NCBI RefSeq assembly: GCF_006345805.1
Contig: NW_021836209.1
Coordinates: 1-25,230 of the forward strand
Length of the DNA: 25,230 nt
From: Octopus sinensis
Taxonomy: Eukaryota
Reading direction: 5' to 3'
Each line of letters starts with the position of its first letter. The stretch's first letter is position 1. Made by a program: the position numbers and the translations under genes. Positions 1 to 11,969 of the stretch are shown here, piece after piece. Below the pieces are notes generated by a model, which was not told the origin of the DNA, ran no database searches, and was given only the letters and a program-made list of their open reading frames with translations.

Positions 1-43
1 TGTATGTATTTGAATTTAATGTAATATCTGTGACAAATATTTT

Positions 44-173
44 TTATTTGGTGTCATTTAAAGAAATATTTTGCGATTCACAATCTGATTTACAGTTATC
101 AATATGTTTATTTATTTCCCTTTGCTGTATAGACTTGAGGGAGTTTCCAGTAATAAGTTGCCATCCATCATGT
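44..173 (-). CDS. Candidate terminal coding exon of an unidentified host gene
   Basis: Minus strand has a strong acceptor, tcagttttctttatttctctttcgcag|A (AG at 175-174). The phase-2 frame reads (x)HDGWQLITGNSLKSIQQREINKHIDNCKSDCESQNISLNDTK* with TAA at 46-44 overlapping an AATAAA. I recognise no protein family. Confidence 0.45.
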
Positions 174-292
174 CTGCGAAAGAGAAATAAAGAAAACTGA
201 ATCAATATTACCAGAATATTTCAGAATATTGGTTAGAAACGAAAATTTAATATTTCAGTACAGAACAAAATATGCATACAATTAGATTTGCT

Positions 293-339
293 TGTGTGTT
301 TGTGTGTGTGTGTGTGTTGTGTGTGTGTGTGCATGCAGG

Positions 340-387
<48 letters not shown>

Positions 388-394
388 GAAATAC

Positions 395-432
<38 letters not shown>

Positions 433-474
433 GTAGATAGATAGATAGAGAAATACAGATAGATAGATAGATAA

Positions 475-516
<42 letters not shown>

Positions 517-603
517 GGATAGATGGATAGATAGATAGATAGATAGATAGATAGGTAGATAGATAGATAGAGAAATACAGATAGATAGATGGATAGATAG
601 ATG

Positions 604-652
<49 letters not shown>

Positions 653-676
653 GTAGATAGATAGATAGAGAAATAC

Positions 677-738
<62 letters not shown>

Positions 739-762
739 GTAGATAGATAGATAGAGAAATAC

Positions 763-806
<44 letters not shown>

Positions 807-856
807 GGATAGATAGATGGATAGATAGATCGATAGATAGATAGATAGATAGATAT

Positions 857-938
<82 letters not shown>
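293..938. repeat. (TG)n followed by a ~600-bp (GATA)n microsatellite with a recurring GAGAAATACA variant
   Basis: Read directly. It is the source of the spurious 249-aa SIYL ORF. Confidence 0.97.
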
Positions 939-939
<1 letters not shown>

Positions 940-1089
940 TTTGTTTAGTGTTGACTGGCAGAAAAAGAGTATTCAACGCCATAGTAGAGACTACTAATAT
1001 ATTTCATAGTGGTTGAGTCAGTCTCTTACTGCTCAGATTCTCCTCTGTTGGTGACTCAATGTCGCAGGTTGCCTAAAGATGAAGGTTAA

Positions 1090-2504
1090 AGTAGTGAGGA
1101 AAGGCAAACAATTAGATGAGGCGTGACACTACCATCAAGGAGCTTGATTCACAAGAAAGCTATAAATAGCTGGGGATAAACGAAGGAGATGTTATACAAC
1201 ATGCTACTATGAAGGAAAAAATAAGAAAGGAATATTACAGGAGAATAAGACTCATACTAAAAACTGAACTCAACTCCAAAAATTTCAATGAAGCCATTAA
1301 CACCCTGGCACTTCCAGTAGTCAAATATAGACTTAGCATCATTAACTGGAATTTTACAGAACTCCAATGTATGAACAGGAAGACAAGAAAACTACTAACA
1401 TCTAAGGACATGGCACCACCCAAAAGCAGATGCTGATCATCTATACCTACCTAGACTAAAGGAAAGCAAAAAATTTGCTATTGATCTAGTGTAGGATACC
1501 CAAACTGAACAACCCGAGGGAAGTACGGCAACTATTGTTGCAAAGAAGGTGAAAATAATGGCAACGAAAAAAGCGCACGAGCAATTGGCTGATAGGCGGG
1601 AGGAGAAACCTCTGCACGGCAAATATGTGGCCCGCAGCAAACAAGCTGATGTTGACCAGAAGCAAACTCATCAGTGGCTACGGAGCTCAGGGCTAAAAGC
1701 AGAGAGCAAAGGTTTCATCCTGGCTGCTCATAATCAAAGCCTATTAACCCGGAACTGCCAGGCCAATGTGATGAAAAATGGAGCAGACCCAAAATGCTGA
1801 TTCTGCAACGACATGATTGAAACAGTGGACCACCTAATCTCTGGACGTAAAGTCTTAGCACCAGTGGAGTATAAATTAAGAAATGACAGAGTTGGCCAAT
1901 ATCTACACTGGCTAATAAGTTGGCATTACAATATCAAAACTGCCACCCTGAAGCTGTAACTGAAGGAGAAAATGTAACGATTCTGTGGGACTTTCCAGTA
2001 CATACAGACCGAACCATCAAAGCCAATAAACCAGATATTGTTGTAAAAGACCAAAACAATAAAGTTTGCTTATTGATCGACATGAGCATCCCCTGTGATC
2101 ATAATATCTCGGCGAAAGAGTTTGACAAGCTCAGAAAATATAAAGACCTGCTCACTGAAATTGAGAAAATGTGGCATCTCAAGGCGGTTACAATACCAGT
2201 GATCGTAGGAGCACTAGGAATGATCAAGAAGGGAACCGAAAATTATATGAGAATGATCCCTGGCTTACCATCCCTGCAAGAAATGCAAAAGATTGTCTTA
2301 ACTGGTACATCACACGTATTGAGAAGAGCATTGTCGATGTGAGAACTATTACTACCCATGTATTTTAATTTAACTTAAACAAAAATGAATGAACTATTGA
2401 GTTTAGTTTAATGGCCTACCAATGTATACTATGAGTTTCTTTGCCCTAGGAGTCGGGAAGACACTCGGCAAGAAATGGAAGCAAATTTGAAAGAAGAAAA
2501 AAAC
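1090..2504 (+). mobile_element. 5'-truncated, inactivated Dong/R4-clade non-LTR retrotransposon (RT C-terminus, CCHC knuckle, REL endonuclease, 3' UTR)
   Basis: Translates IKELDSQESYK*LGI (YKYLG with a stop at 1167), HPKADADHLYLPR, PLHGKY, KC*FCNDMIETVDHLISG (degenerate CCHC) and NKPDIVVKD...LIDMSIP...KY...PVIVGALG (PD-D-K restriction-like endonuclease). The ORF ends at 2342 and the 3' UTR runs straight into (AAT)n, the known Dong target. There is an apparent internal deletion after LYLPR. Confidence 0.9.
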
Positions 2505-2777
<273 letters not shown>

Positions 2778-5177
2778 GTTTCTTTATTGGCCACACAGGG
2801 CTGCACACAGATGGGACAAGTTACAAGGTAGAGCTTTTCTTTTGGGGGAGAAAAAAAAAGTGGCGTAGGTTTTCGATCAAAAGGGATCGTAAAAGGGAAA
2901 AAAGAACAAAGAAAAGGAAAAGAAAGGAAAAGAAGAAAAAGGAAAAAAAGAAAAGAAAAATGAAAAAAGAAGAAAAAAGTTGAAAAAAGGGGCAGAGGAG
3001 AAAAAAGCGATCAATAGGGATCGTGTATCACAGTGTCATGATGTATGGTGTAAAGGGGAAAACAAGTAAGGTTTATCCGTGGGAAGAAAAGCCTACGAAA
3101 AAGACCACGGTAACCTTGGTCAATATTGTTATATGTTACCGCATTTGTTTGCAAGTGGGTAACCCTCTGTTTTCAATTTCTGGGTTCACAGGATTATGCT
3201 CAAGGTGGCTTCGTCATTCATATGTGCCATCCTTTCTACATTCACCCATCTTTTTTTAGAACATTCGCTAGACAAAATTTGCCTCTCTACTCCCACTTTC
3301 CTTTTCAAGTGGTACTTGAAGAAGTTGATGAGAGGTTGACCAGAGAGGAAAGTGTTTGTCTCCAATCCTTTCAGACGCGTCCACCAGATACATTCTTTCG
3401 CCATAGCCACAAGGATGATGAAAATAGCTCTTCCTTCCCGTTTGAAGGAAGGAGGCGTGACAATATTGACAATAGACTCAGCTGATAAACCAACTCGTCC
3501 CACACGTAACAGCAGTTGTTCGACATAAGCCCACAGGTCGGAAATTGTTGGACACTGCACGAGTGCGTGCAGAACGGTTTCGTCGCTCTGACCGCATCTC
3601 GGGCAGGTCGGCCCCGTGTTTCTCGAGCCGTGTCTGTAGAGCTTATCCCGAACGGGTAGCGCTTCTCGGTAGCACTGCCAGGCCAGGGATCTCTGGAAGT
3701 TGTCCATGGGCCCTGGCCCGAAAGTAGTCCCGAACAGGCGGGTCAGGTATTCCTCGTCGACGTCCAGGTTCGCCCCGAGCTCATCGTCATACCTCCCCTC
3801 CACTAATCCCCTATAGAATGCTTTGGTTGTGATGGAGTCACTCAAGGTTGACCCAGGACGGCAGAGTTGCTTGAGAGCAACGCGACACTCGCGGTGCCAT
3901 TCGCCCTTCCTCGGCCTCTTTTTGATCTACGATTGCATTTCGGTCATGGAGACGAGCTGCGGGAACGCGTGCCTCACAAACGGTGACCACACCTGTTCAC
4001 CGTCGTCTACGAAGAGCCTGAGATGTCGCAGTCTCAGCGCATGTCTGCGCATCATCAACCACGGTATGCCCAGCCCTCCTTTTAACGGGAGTTGGCAGCA
4101 AATGAATCGTCTGACCATCGGGACGCATCCTTTCCACAAGAAGCGAAAGAGAATACGTTCTAGTTTGGTGACGGTAGGGTCGGAACAAGGCACGACGGTC
4201 AGGCGGTAGTAGATGATGGACGTGATGTACGTGTTCGCCACCTCCGCCCGACCTTTTAGGGACAGTTTCCTCTTGGCCCATTGCTGGGCGAGAGTGACCA
4301 CCCTACTCGTTATCTCCTTCCAGTTCTTCTCCATTTGGAGGTCCGGACTGAACCAGACCCCGAGCAACTCGACCGGACCGTCGGTCCAGCGTCCCACAAC
4401 GGAGGCGCTGGTGGACGGCATGGGTTTGCTTCTCCAGGTGCCTAGTCGCAAGCCCACTGACTTTTCCCGGTTGATTTTTGCTCCTGTCACTGCTTTATAG
4501 TTTTTCAGTGTCTCGCCGACCTGCTCGATGTGCTCGTGGCTAGACACTATGACGGTGACGTCATCCGCGTATGCAGACACGCTCGTCCCGCATCCCAGTT
4601 CTCACGGGATGCCCCTCAGAGTTGCCAGCTTCCGCAATAGTGGCTCGAGAGTCAATACGTATAGAAGCGACGAGAGGGGGCATCCCTGACGAACCGAACG
4701 TGCGATGTCGAAAGGTCTCGATAGATGTCCATTTACACGAACTACCGAACGGATGCCTCTGTACAAAGTGGCTATCCAGCCGCGGAAGACGGGACCGAAG
4801 CCAGCCGCTCTGAGGACTGCCTCCAAGTATCGATGGTCTACCCTATCGAAAGCTTTTGATTGATCAGCGCCCCACCCATGCCAGGTTCGTTAACTACCCT
4901 GTCTATGATGTAGCGCATCAGGTGGAGGTTGTCATGGATGATCCGGTCCGGCACGGTGCACGTTTGCGCCTTGTCAACCAGTTTTTCGATGACAAGCGCC
5001 AACCTCTTGGCTAACACCTTGGCCAAAATCTTCAAGTCTGCATTAAGCAGAGTGATGGGCCTAAAGTTATCTATTACATTTCCCTTGTTTAGATCTTTCT
5101 TCAGCAGTGTTACTGCTCCTCGGCTCACAAAACCGGGAATGCTCCCGTTTTGCTGCCAGTTCCAGTACACCGCTGCC
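2778..5177 (-). mobile_element. 5'-truncated Tx1/L1-clade LINE ORF2 (RT, CCHC finger, 3' UTR)
   Basis: Motifs are NFRPITLLNADLKILAKVLAKRL, SKAFDRVD, VRQGCPLS, SAYADDVTV, INREKS and CPRCGQSDETVLHALVQC. There is one frameshift near 4850, two in-frame stops (4602, 3927) and a terminal stop at 3186. The 3' UTR has a long pyrimidine tract and ends AATAAAGAAAC-(TTA)n. Both ends sit in (AAT)n. Confidence 0.93.
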
Positions 5178-5290
<113 letters not shown>

Positions 5291-5299
5291 AAAAAACCC

Positions 5300-5457
5300 T
5301 TTTTTTTAGACATTCATTAGTACAACATCCCCACCCCCTGAATATATGGCACACTAGGCATAACAACAACATGGACTTCCAACCCTGTTGTCTCTTGAGG
5401 TCTCTGGGTGAGACTTGGAGCCAACTTGTACAAATATAAAGCAAAAGTCAAACATAG
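5300..5457 (+). mobile_element. Short 3'-end fragment of a probable second Dong/R4-like family
   Basis: A non-repetitive ~160-bp island between (AAT)n tracts, ending ...gaggtctctgggtgagacttggagcc...aaacatag-(AAT)n. This resembles Dong-type 3' UTRs as I recall them. There is no coding evidence. Confidence 0.5.
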
Positions 5458-5572
5458 AATAATAATAATAATAATAATAACAATATTAATAATAATAATA
5501 ATAACAATATTAATAATAATAATAATAACAATAACAATAATAATAATAATGATAATAATAATAATAATAATT

Positions 5573-5603
<31 letters not shown>

Positions 5604-5718
5604 TAATAATAATAATGATAATAATAATGATAATAATAAGGATAATAATAATAATAATAACAATAATAATAATAATAATAATAATAATAAGATCATAATA
5701 ATAATGATAATAATAATG

Positions 5719-5749
<31 letters not shown>

Positions 5750-5764
5750 TAATAATAATGATAA

Positions 5765-5795
<31 letters not shown>

Positions 5796-6035
5796 AATAA
5801 TGATAATAATAATAATAATAATGATAATAATAATAATGATAATAATAATGATAATAATAATGATAATAATAATAATAATAATGATAATAATAATAATAAT
5901 ATAATGATAATAATAATGATAATAATAATAATAATAATGATAATAATAATAATGATAATAATAATGATAATAATAATGATAATAATAATAATAATAATGA
6001 TAATAATAATAATAATAATAATGATAATAATAATG

Positions 6036-6090
<55 letters not shown>

Positions 6091-6096
6091 TAATAA
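5458..6096. repeat. Compound (AAT)n/(GAT) microsatellite, ~640 bp
   Basis: Read directly. Confidence 0.97.
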
Positions 6097-6308
6097 CTTC
6101 TACTAAAGGCAGAAGGCCTGAAATTTGGGGAAGGATGATTAGTCAATTACAATGACCCCAGTGTTTCACTGATAGTTAATTTATTGACCCCTGAAAGGAT
6201 TAAAGGCAAAGTCTACCTTGGTGGAATTTGAACTCAGAACATAAAGGTGAATAAAATGCTGCTAAGCATTTTGTCCAATGTGCTAATGTTTCTGCCAACT
6301 TGCCGCCA
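6097..6308 (-). mobile_element. tRNA-derived SINE with a (TTA)n tail
   Basis: The reverse complement begins ggcggcaagttggcagaaacattagcac, has a B-box-like gttctgagttcaaattcc and the gactttgcctttaatcctttcaggggtcaataaa body seen in the 17463 array, and ends gcctttagtagaag-ttattatc. Confidence 0.85.
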
Positions 6309-6344
6309 TAATGATGAAGATGTTGATGATGATGAAGTTAAAAA

Positions 6345-6527
6345 TAATTTTGGTAAAGTGGAATATATAGTCCATTAATCAACCCCAGTACTCAACTGGT
6401 ACCTATTTTACTGACCCTAACAGGATGAAAGGCAAAGTCAGCTTCATGGTAATCAGAATTTGGAATGTAAAGTCAGAAGAAATGCTACTAAGCGTTTTGC
6501 CTGATGTGCTCACATTTCCGTCACCTT
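6345..6527 (-). mobile_element. Degenerate copy of the same SINE family
   Basis: Contains ggatgaaaggcaaagtc and aaccccagtactcaactggtacc, which are reverse complements of the SINE body. Confidence 0.7.
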
Positions 6528-6559
6528 AACAACAATAACAACAACAATACTAATAATAA

Positions 6560-6760
6560 AATGTGCTGTTTAGCCCTTGGTCAACCCTGACTGCGCAGGC
6601 CTCAGATCAAAAGCATTCTAGCTGTGACCATCCTGTCTTTTTCCTATTTGCAGTGACCATATAACCATGTGAGTTCACATGTCCTTGTTTTAAGATACGA
6701 GGCAGATGTGGCTGCTACATCTAACAGACCGAACCACCACATACACGATCTCTCATTGGT
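6560..6760 (-). mobile_element. Degenerate interspersed repeat (SINE-like, ...ggctaaacaacaac family)
   Basis: Inverted similarity to 24700-24888 (gtttagcc...gatcaaaagcattctagctgtgaccatc versus gatggtcctggctggaatgcgtttgatc...ggctaaac). Confidence 0.6.
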
Positions 6761-7073
6761 TCATTATTAGCTTGTGCAAATAAATAGACAGGAACAGTTT
6801 GACAGGACCCTGCTTAGATTTTCAGTAGACGCATCAGATAGCATTTTTATCTGATGTACTTACTACTACCACAGATAACTGTGGTTGTTCAATATGATTG
6901 AGTATTGGGTATATTTATTGATGAGGGCGTCTATTCATATCCATTCCCTGTCTTCAGTCATCATATGTTGTCAGAATCATAAGGATGCCTTCCTCACACT
7001 CATATTTGGGTATTTTAAACATGATGTAGCTAACCCCTCTCTCTGTTAAACCACAGTGGAAATCTTTCAAAGA

Positions 7074-7128
7074 AAAAGAGAGAAAGAGAGAGAGAGAGAG
7101 AGGGAGAGAGAGAGAGAGAATGAGAGAG
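7074..7128. repeat. (GA)n microsatellite
   Basis: Read directly. Confidence 0.9.
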
Positions 7129-7149
7129 TGCAAAATATAATGATGTATT

Positions 7150-7285
7150 CCTTTCAGTACCTGATGTTGTATTGAAAGAATGAAAAAGCAAAGTTGACGT
7201 TGATGGGATTTGAACTCAGGGCACAGAATGCCAGAATGACTACTTCAATACATTCTAAGCAATCCGCTAACAATCCTGTCGAATC
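7150..7285 (-). mobile_element. Old SINE remnant
   Basis: gaatgaaaaagcaaagttgacgttgatgggatttgaactcag is the reverse complement of the B-box and body. Confidence 0.6.
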
Positions 7286-8275
7286 CCCAAGTAACAACTG
7301 GCAGGTATTTAATGCATGGAACATGCTTGGATGGAGTTGAAAGGCAAGGGGAGGTAATCCCTGTTTTTCTTTACCAGTGAGTGTTGCTAACTAAACCATC
7401 ACCCATGTTGCTAATTGCGCTTTAATTAGCAGATCGTTCACAGTCATTATCTCCTGTGTTAACATTTCCTTTATTTACATTTGACAGCAGTTCATTATAA
7501 AAAATCTATTTGAAATGTCTCATCTTGTCAATCGGTTTCTACTATTTGGTTATTAATAACCAAATTTTGAATATGTTTTCATAATGATGCCTTTAATGGA
7601 CTTATGTCTGCAAGTTTATTTGAAGTATGATAATATTTTTGTTTTTATTCTAGTTTGTGAATTTGTTTCATATTAAAATTTTGCATGAAGTCACTACGTT
7701 TTACCCCCTTAATACATTTTGTTTGATTTTAAAATTTTTAAATTTAAAGCCAGATAAAAAGAAAAGAAAAACAGTTTTCATTAGGAGCAGTGTTATATAT
7801 TTTTAATATAAAAATGAGAAATTTAAAAGCAAATATTTGAACAGCATTGTTAAAAACAACAACATTGTGTAATTCCTTCTGTCAAATATAATTCTTCAGA
7901 AAAGAACAAGCATTATCAATGTATTCTGTTTTTAATTTAATTATTTCTTCTCAATTCAATTTAGCTGTTTTCAAATTATTTCAGAGATTGCACTTGTGTA
8001 GATAATGCAACACTTAAGGGACATTGATAATTGAACAAGAATAGTTTACATATTTTCAGTTAATAATCTCATTACTTAATTTCAACAGGAATAATCCTTT
8101 ACAAGAGTCTTCCCCATGACCACCACCTCTCCTCCCGCTCATCCTTCCACACCTTCTCTTCAGGCTAAAAAATTATTCTCAATTTTCAGTTTTCCAGGAA
8201 GCAAACGAATGTATCTGCCAATAATTTCCCAAACATATTTTTGATATTGTTGAGCAAACAGACAACTGACTAAAA

Positions 8276-8276
<1 letters not shown>

Positions 8277-8320
<44 letters not shown>
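8277..8320. repeat. (ATT)n microsatellite
   Basis: Read directly. Confidence 0.95.
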
Positions 8321-8324
<4 letters not shown>

Positions 8325-8452
8325 ACATATTGAATTCTTCAGGCTGGAATTACCTATAAAAGATATTTATATTGGAGTATTAGAGTGGATGGGGATGGGG
8401 GGAAGGAAGAATATTTTAAAATCCTTCATTTACTGATGAAGTAATTTTAATT

Positions 8453-9000
8453 ACACAAGACCCGGCAGGACAAGTGAGACCATAACCCGTGGCCTCTACA
8501 CTGGATGTAGCCAGTCCACTTATGCATACCGCTCCTTCTTGGGACACAAAACTCTACTTGTGAAGACCTGTTGAGGCAAGTGAGAATCGTAATCGATCAG
8601 CATCAATGGAAATTGCAGCTGTGATACTAGTGCCGGTGGCACGTAAGAGAACCATCCGAACGTGGCTGTTGCCAGCGCCGCCCCGACTGGCCTCATGCCG
8701 GTGGCACGTAAAAAGCACCATCCGTTCGTGGCCGTTTGCCAGACTCGCCTGGCCCCCGTGCCGGTGGCACGTAAAAAGCACCATCCAATCGTGGCCGTTT
8801 GCCAGACGGGTCTGGCACCTGTGCCGGTGGCACGTAAAAAGCACCCACTACACTCAAGGAGTGGTTGGCGTTAGGAAGGGCATCCAGCCGTAGAAACATT
8901 GCCATATCAGACTGGGCCTGCTGGCTTCCCAGACCCCAGTTGAACCGTCCAACCCATGCCAGCATGGAAAGCGGACGCTAAACGATGATGATGATTATGA
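8453..9000 (+). mobile_element. RTE-clade LINE 3' UTR with internal ~60-bp subrepeats
   Basis: Four copies of the gtgccggtggcacgtaa hairpin unit (about 8631, 8697, 8758, 8821), the RTE-type tail ggttggcgttaggaagggcatccagccgtag and a (GAT)n end. It is homologous to 16090-16430, which follows an RTE ORF end. Confidence 0.8.
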
Positions 9001-10510
9001 ATTTTATGAGTTCAAATAAACAAAAGACACTGGAACGCCATCCTTCTCCACCGCCATTAATACAAAGATAATGAAGAACATAATCCAACCAACATCTATT
9101 TCACAAAGACACAAATATTAAAGTAAACAATATTCTTGAAAACAAATTTTCTTTTTTCTTTTTTGGTTTTTCAAAGAATTTCATTCTCGTTGCTTTCTTT
9201 GAAATGTACAGTCCAGTTTTCCTTATTCTTGTTCCAAACAATTCCGTCAATTTCTCGACTCTCTCTCTCTCCAACAGTACTGCTCTTTCCTCGCTACCAA
9301 ACACCTCTTCATCCAGTCTTACTCTTATTAAATTCTTCACCTTTGCAATCTTTTCCTCAATTCACACAATCTTATCGTAAATTATCATCATTCAGTCGGC
9401 TGCTTTCTTTGCCTCACATATTCCATTCTCTCCTTACTTCCCCTTTCCACTCCTCATATTTCTCCTCTTTGTCTATTTCTTCTCTCCTTCTTGTTGTTGG
9501 CTCTGGGGTTCGATTTTCACTCGTCTCTTTTCTCTACTAATTTTTTCTCTTGTACTTTTACCGCTTTTTTCTTCTTTTTCAGTTTTGGGCGGTGACTCCG
9601 CACTTGTTCTTTTTCTGCCCCCTATTTCCTCCTCCTTTTCCTCCACCACTATTACTTCCTCCACCTCTGCTTAGTTCTCCGTTCTTTCCTCGTCTCTGGG
9701 GACACCTTGCCTTCATGTGTCCTCTTGTACCGAAATTATAACATACTGGAGGCTTCCCTTCCACCACAATTCTCAACCGGGTGTCATCAGGGAGCACCAA
9801 CTCCTCTGCTATCTTGTGCAAGTCAGGCAGGGTTATATGGATCAAGATTTCCAGTCTAAATCCCCATCAGTTTATCTCAGCCAATTTTGCCACCTTGATA
9901 ATCTTGGTCTCCTCCTCACAGTTGTACAGGATAGCTTCCAACAGCCATTCCTCCTCTATTTTGGGTGGCACTCTCCCTATCTGTACTCTTGCCACTCTTT
10001 TACCGCATTAGGTTGGCAAAAGTGCCCACTCGGCTGATCTCAACAGCATCGTGGAGTACTTTTTCGTTTCCTCCTCATTCACGAAGTGAACCTCCACCGT
10101 GCCGTACTTCCTTCCCCGAGTATAAAACGTCGTTACTCCCTTCACTTCGCTCAGGCATTCATCTGCTACTTCCACTCTTTTTGTTTCTACATCCAGCATT
10201 CTGTATATTATTATTTTCCTCTCTGCTCTTTCCATCGCTTCTCCCGGGGGTATCAGCCTAATGCAGTCTCCCTCTTTTTTAAATAATCCTTGTACTTTCC
10301 GAAATCCTTCTGCTCCAACACCAATTCTTTCAATCGCAGAATGTCAGCTGGCAGACTTTTGCCCGCCACCGCGGCTTAACTGCCTATTCGTTGTTCCTCC
10401 ATTTCACCCAAAAATGGGGAAGAAAAAGAAACAACAATAACAACAATTAACAAATCTCAAAAATATAACAGTATCCAAAGTACAACAATGCACAACTCGC
10501 ATCGACAATG
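9001..10510 (-). mobile_element. Decayed ORF1-only (HAL1-like) non-LTR element
   Basis: ATG at 10402 gives MEEQRIGS*AAVAGK (SYAAV-like motif), then a gag-like region YGTVEVHF...RVARVQIGRVPP...RLRIVVEGKPPVCYNFGTRGHMKARC (CCHC knuckle with C>F) and an E/K/R-rich tail to about 9150. A short 3' region follows, with no endonuclease or RT sequence. Confidence 0.7.
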
Positions 10511-11191
10511 CTATTCAAATTTTCTAACACCCACAAAAGAAAAACAACATTATTTCATTACTTAAACATGCAATTGGTTGTCGTTAATAGAAATTCAAAC
10601 GCGCCGGTTTCAAATTCCCTTAAGCTTATACAATTTTATTACAACCATTTTTATTTCTATACACTTTCAAAGAGTAGATGAAAACCTATGGTTGCAGAAA
10701 GGGATCACCTCAGCAAATTTAAAGTTTTGGGCCCAAAAAACTTAAGGATGGAAGGGATTCCTTAACACATAGCTTATACTTATTTATATTTACTCTGAAG
10801 TAAGGGTCCCTCAAAATAACAGACCATTCCAAAGAATATCTTTTCTCATTACTCTTTAAACCATGTATATAAGAGGCAAGAGTAGTAGAATTAAAGTATT
10901 TTTCATTTGAAAACAAATTCATGTGGGCCCTATGCCTACTGTACTGCCTTTATAAAATTTATCTAAATTACCCTCCTCTTTAGCAACGCATGACTAATCT
11001 AAAAGTTATACCCAGCAGACTAGTTCAAATTTTCTGACACCCAGCCACCAAAAAAAAAACGAATTATTTTATTGCTAATCATGCAGGTGGTCGTTGTTAA
11101 TAGAAATCCAAACCGTATAAACATACACATATACACATGTATTTGTATATACATATATATATACACATACACACACACCTATATTTGCATA

Positions 11192-11250
11192 TAGCCGAGC
11201 CGAGCCGAGCCGAGCCGATCCGAGCCGAGTCGAGCCGAGCCGAGCCGAGC
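11192..11250. repeat. (GAGCC)n pentanucleotide repeat
   Basis: Read directly. Confidence 0.95.
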
Positions 11251-11299
11251 CCTGGCCCCCATAGCGCTCATTGGGGGGTCGTAGCCTTGGACAGTGAGC

Positions 11300-11412
11300 C
11301 TCAACAGGTCTTCGCAAGCAGAGTTTAGTGTCCAAGGAAGGAAAGGTACGCATAAGTAGGCTGGTTACACCCGCTGGCATAGGCCATGAGGTTATGGTCT
11401 CACTTGGCTTGT
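11300..11412 (-). mobile_element. RTE 3' UTR fragment
   Basis: Inverted homology to 8460-8575 (caagtgagaccataacc...cttatgc...gaagacctgttgaggc). Confidence 0.75.
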
Positions 11413-11969
11413 AACCCATAAAAGCCCTCAATGACTCAACAGAGCTCAGAAACACGTCCTCCTCCGCCACGTCACCTTCAACACCATGGAGTTATCTAAA
11501 CTAATACAAAACCCTGAATTAATTAGTCATGGTTCTAACAACGGAATGCTCACACCGAACCTGATCATGTCAAGACTACATCACTCACTTCTGACATTTC
11601 CTTTTATTTTTTAACTGGTTCCAATCAGACTGTGGCCACACTGGAGCACTGATTTCAGAGTTTTATTTGATTTTATTCAGACTTGTACTTCTGTACTTTT
11701 CACTGGTGGTGTTGGTGATGGCAGTGGCGGAAGTTTGACCAAAACCCCTCAGATACCAAAAGATAAGTTCATTAAAAAGACAAACAAGTAAAAAAAAACA
11801 GTAAAGAACAATAAAAGTTGAAAAGCTTTTTTCTTTCTTTCGAAATGGTTTCTCATTCGATGGTTGATGCGATGAAAGGAGACTGAATGAATTTTGTTAA
11901 CTTTTAGTCATGGTTGGGGCCAAAGTTTATTAATTTGCATCTCTTAATGCTAATTAATTATTAGAAGCC

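Noticed and set aside
233-982. 249-aa ORF and other low-complexity ORFs (poly-[16 protein letters not shown]) across the window
   Set aside because: They are translations of (GATA)n, (AAT)n, (ATGT)n and (AT)n microsatellites, which lack stops in some frames.
3545-4813. Plus-strand ORFs within 3545-4813 and 9136-10286
   Set aside because: They are antisense shadows of the GC-rich Tx1 ORF2 and of the ORF1-like element.
8060-8260. Possible exon in the C-rich island near 8100-8170
   Set aside because: Every frame tried after the candidate acceptors on either strand closes within about 45 codons, with no convincing donor or protein similarity.
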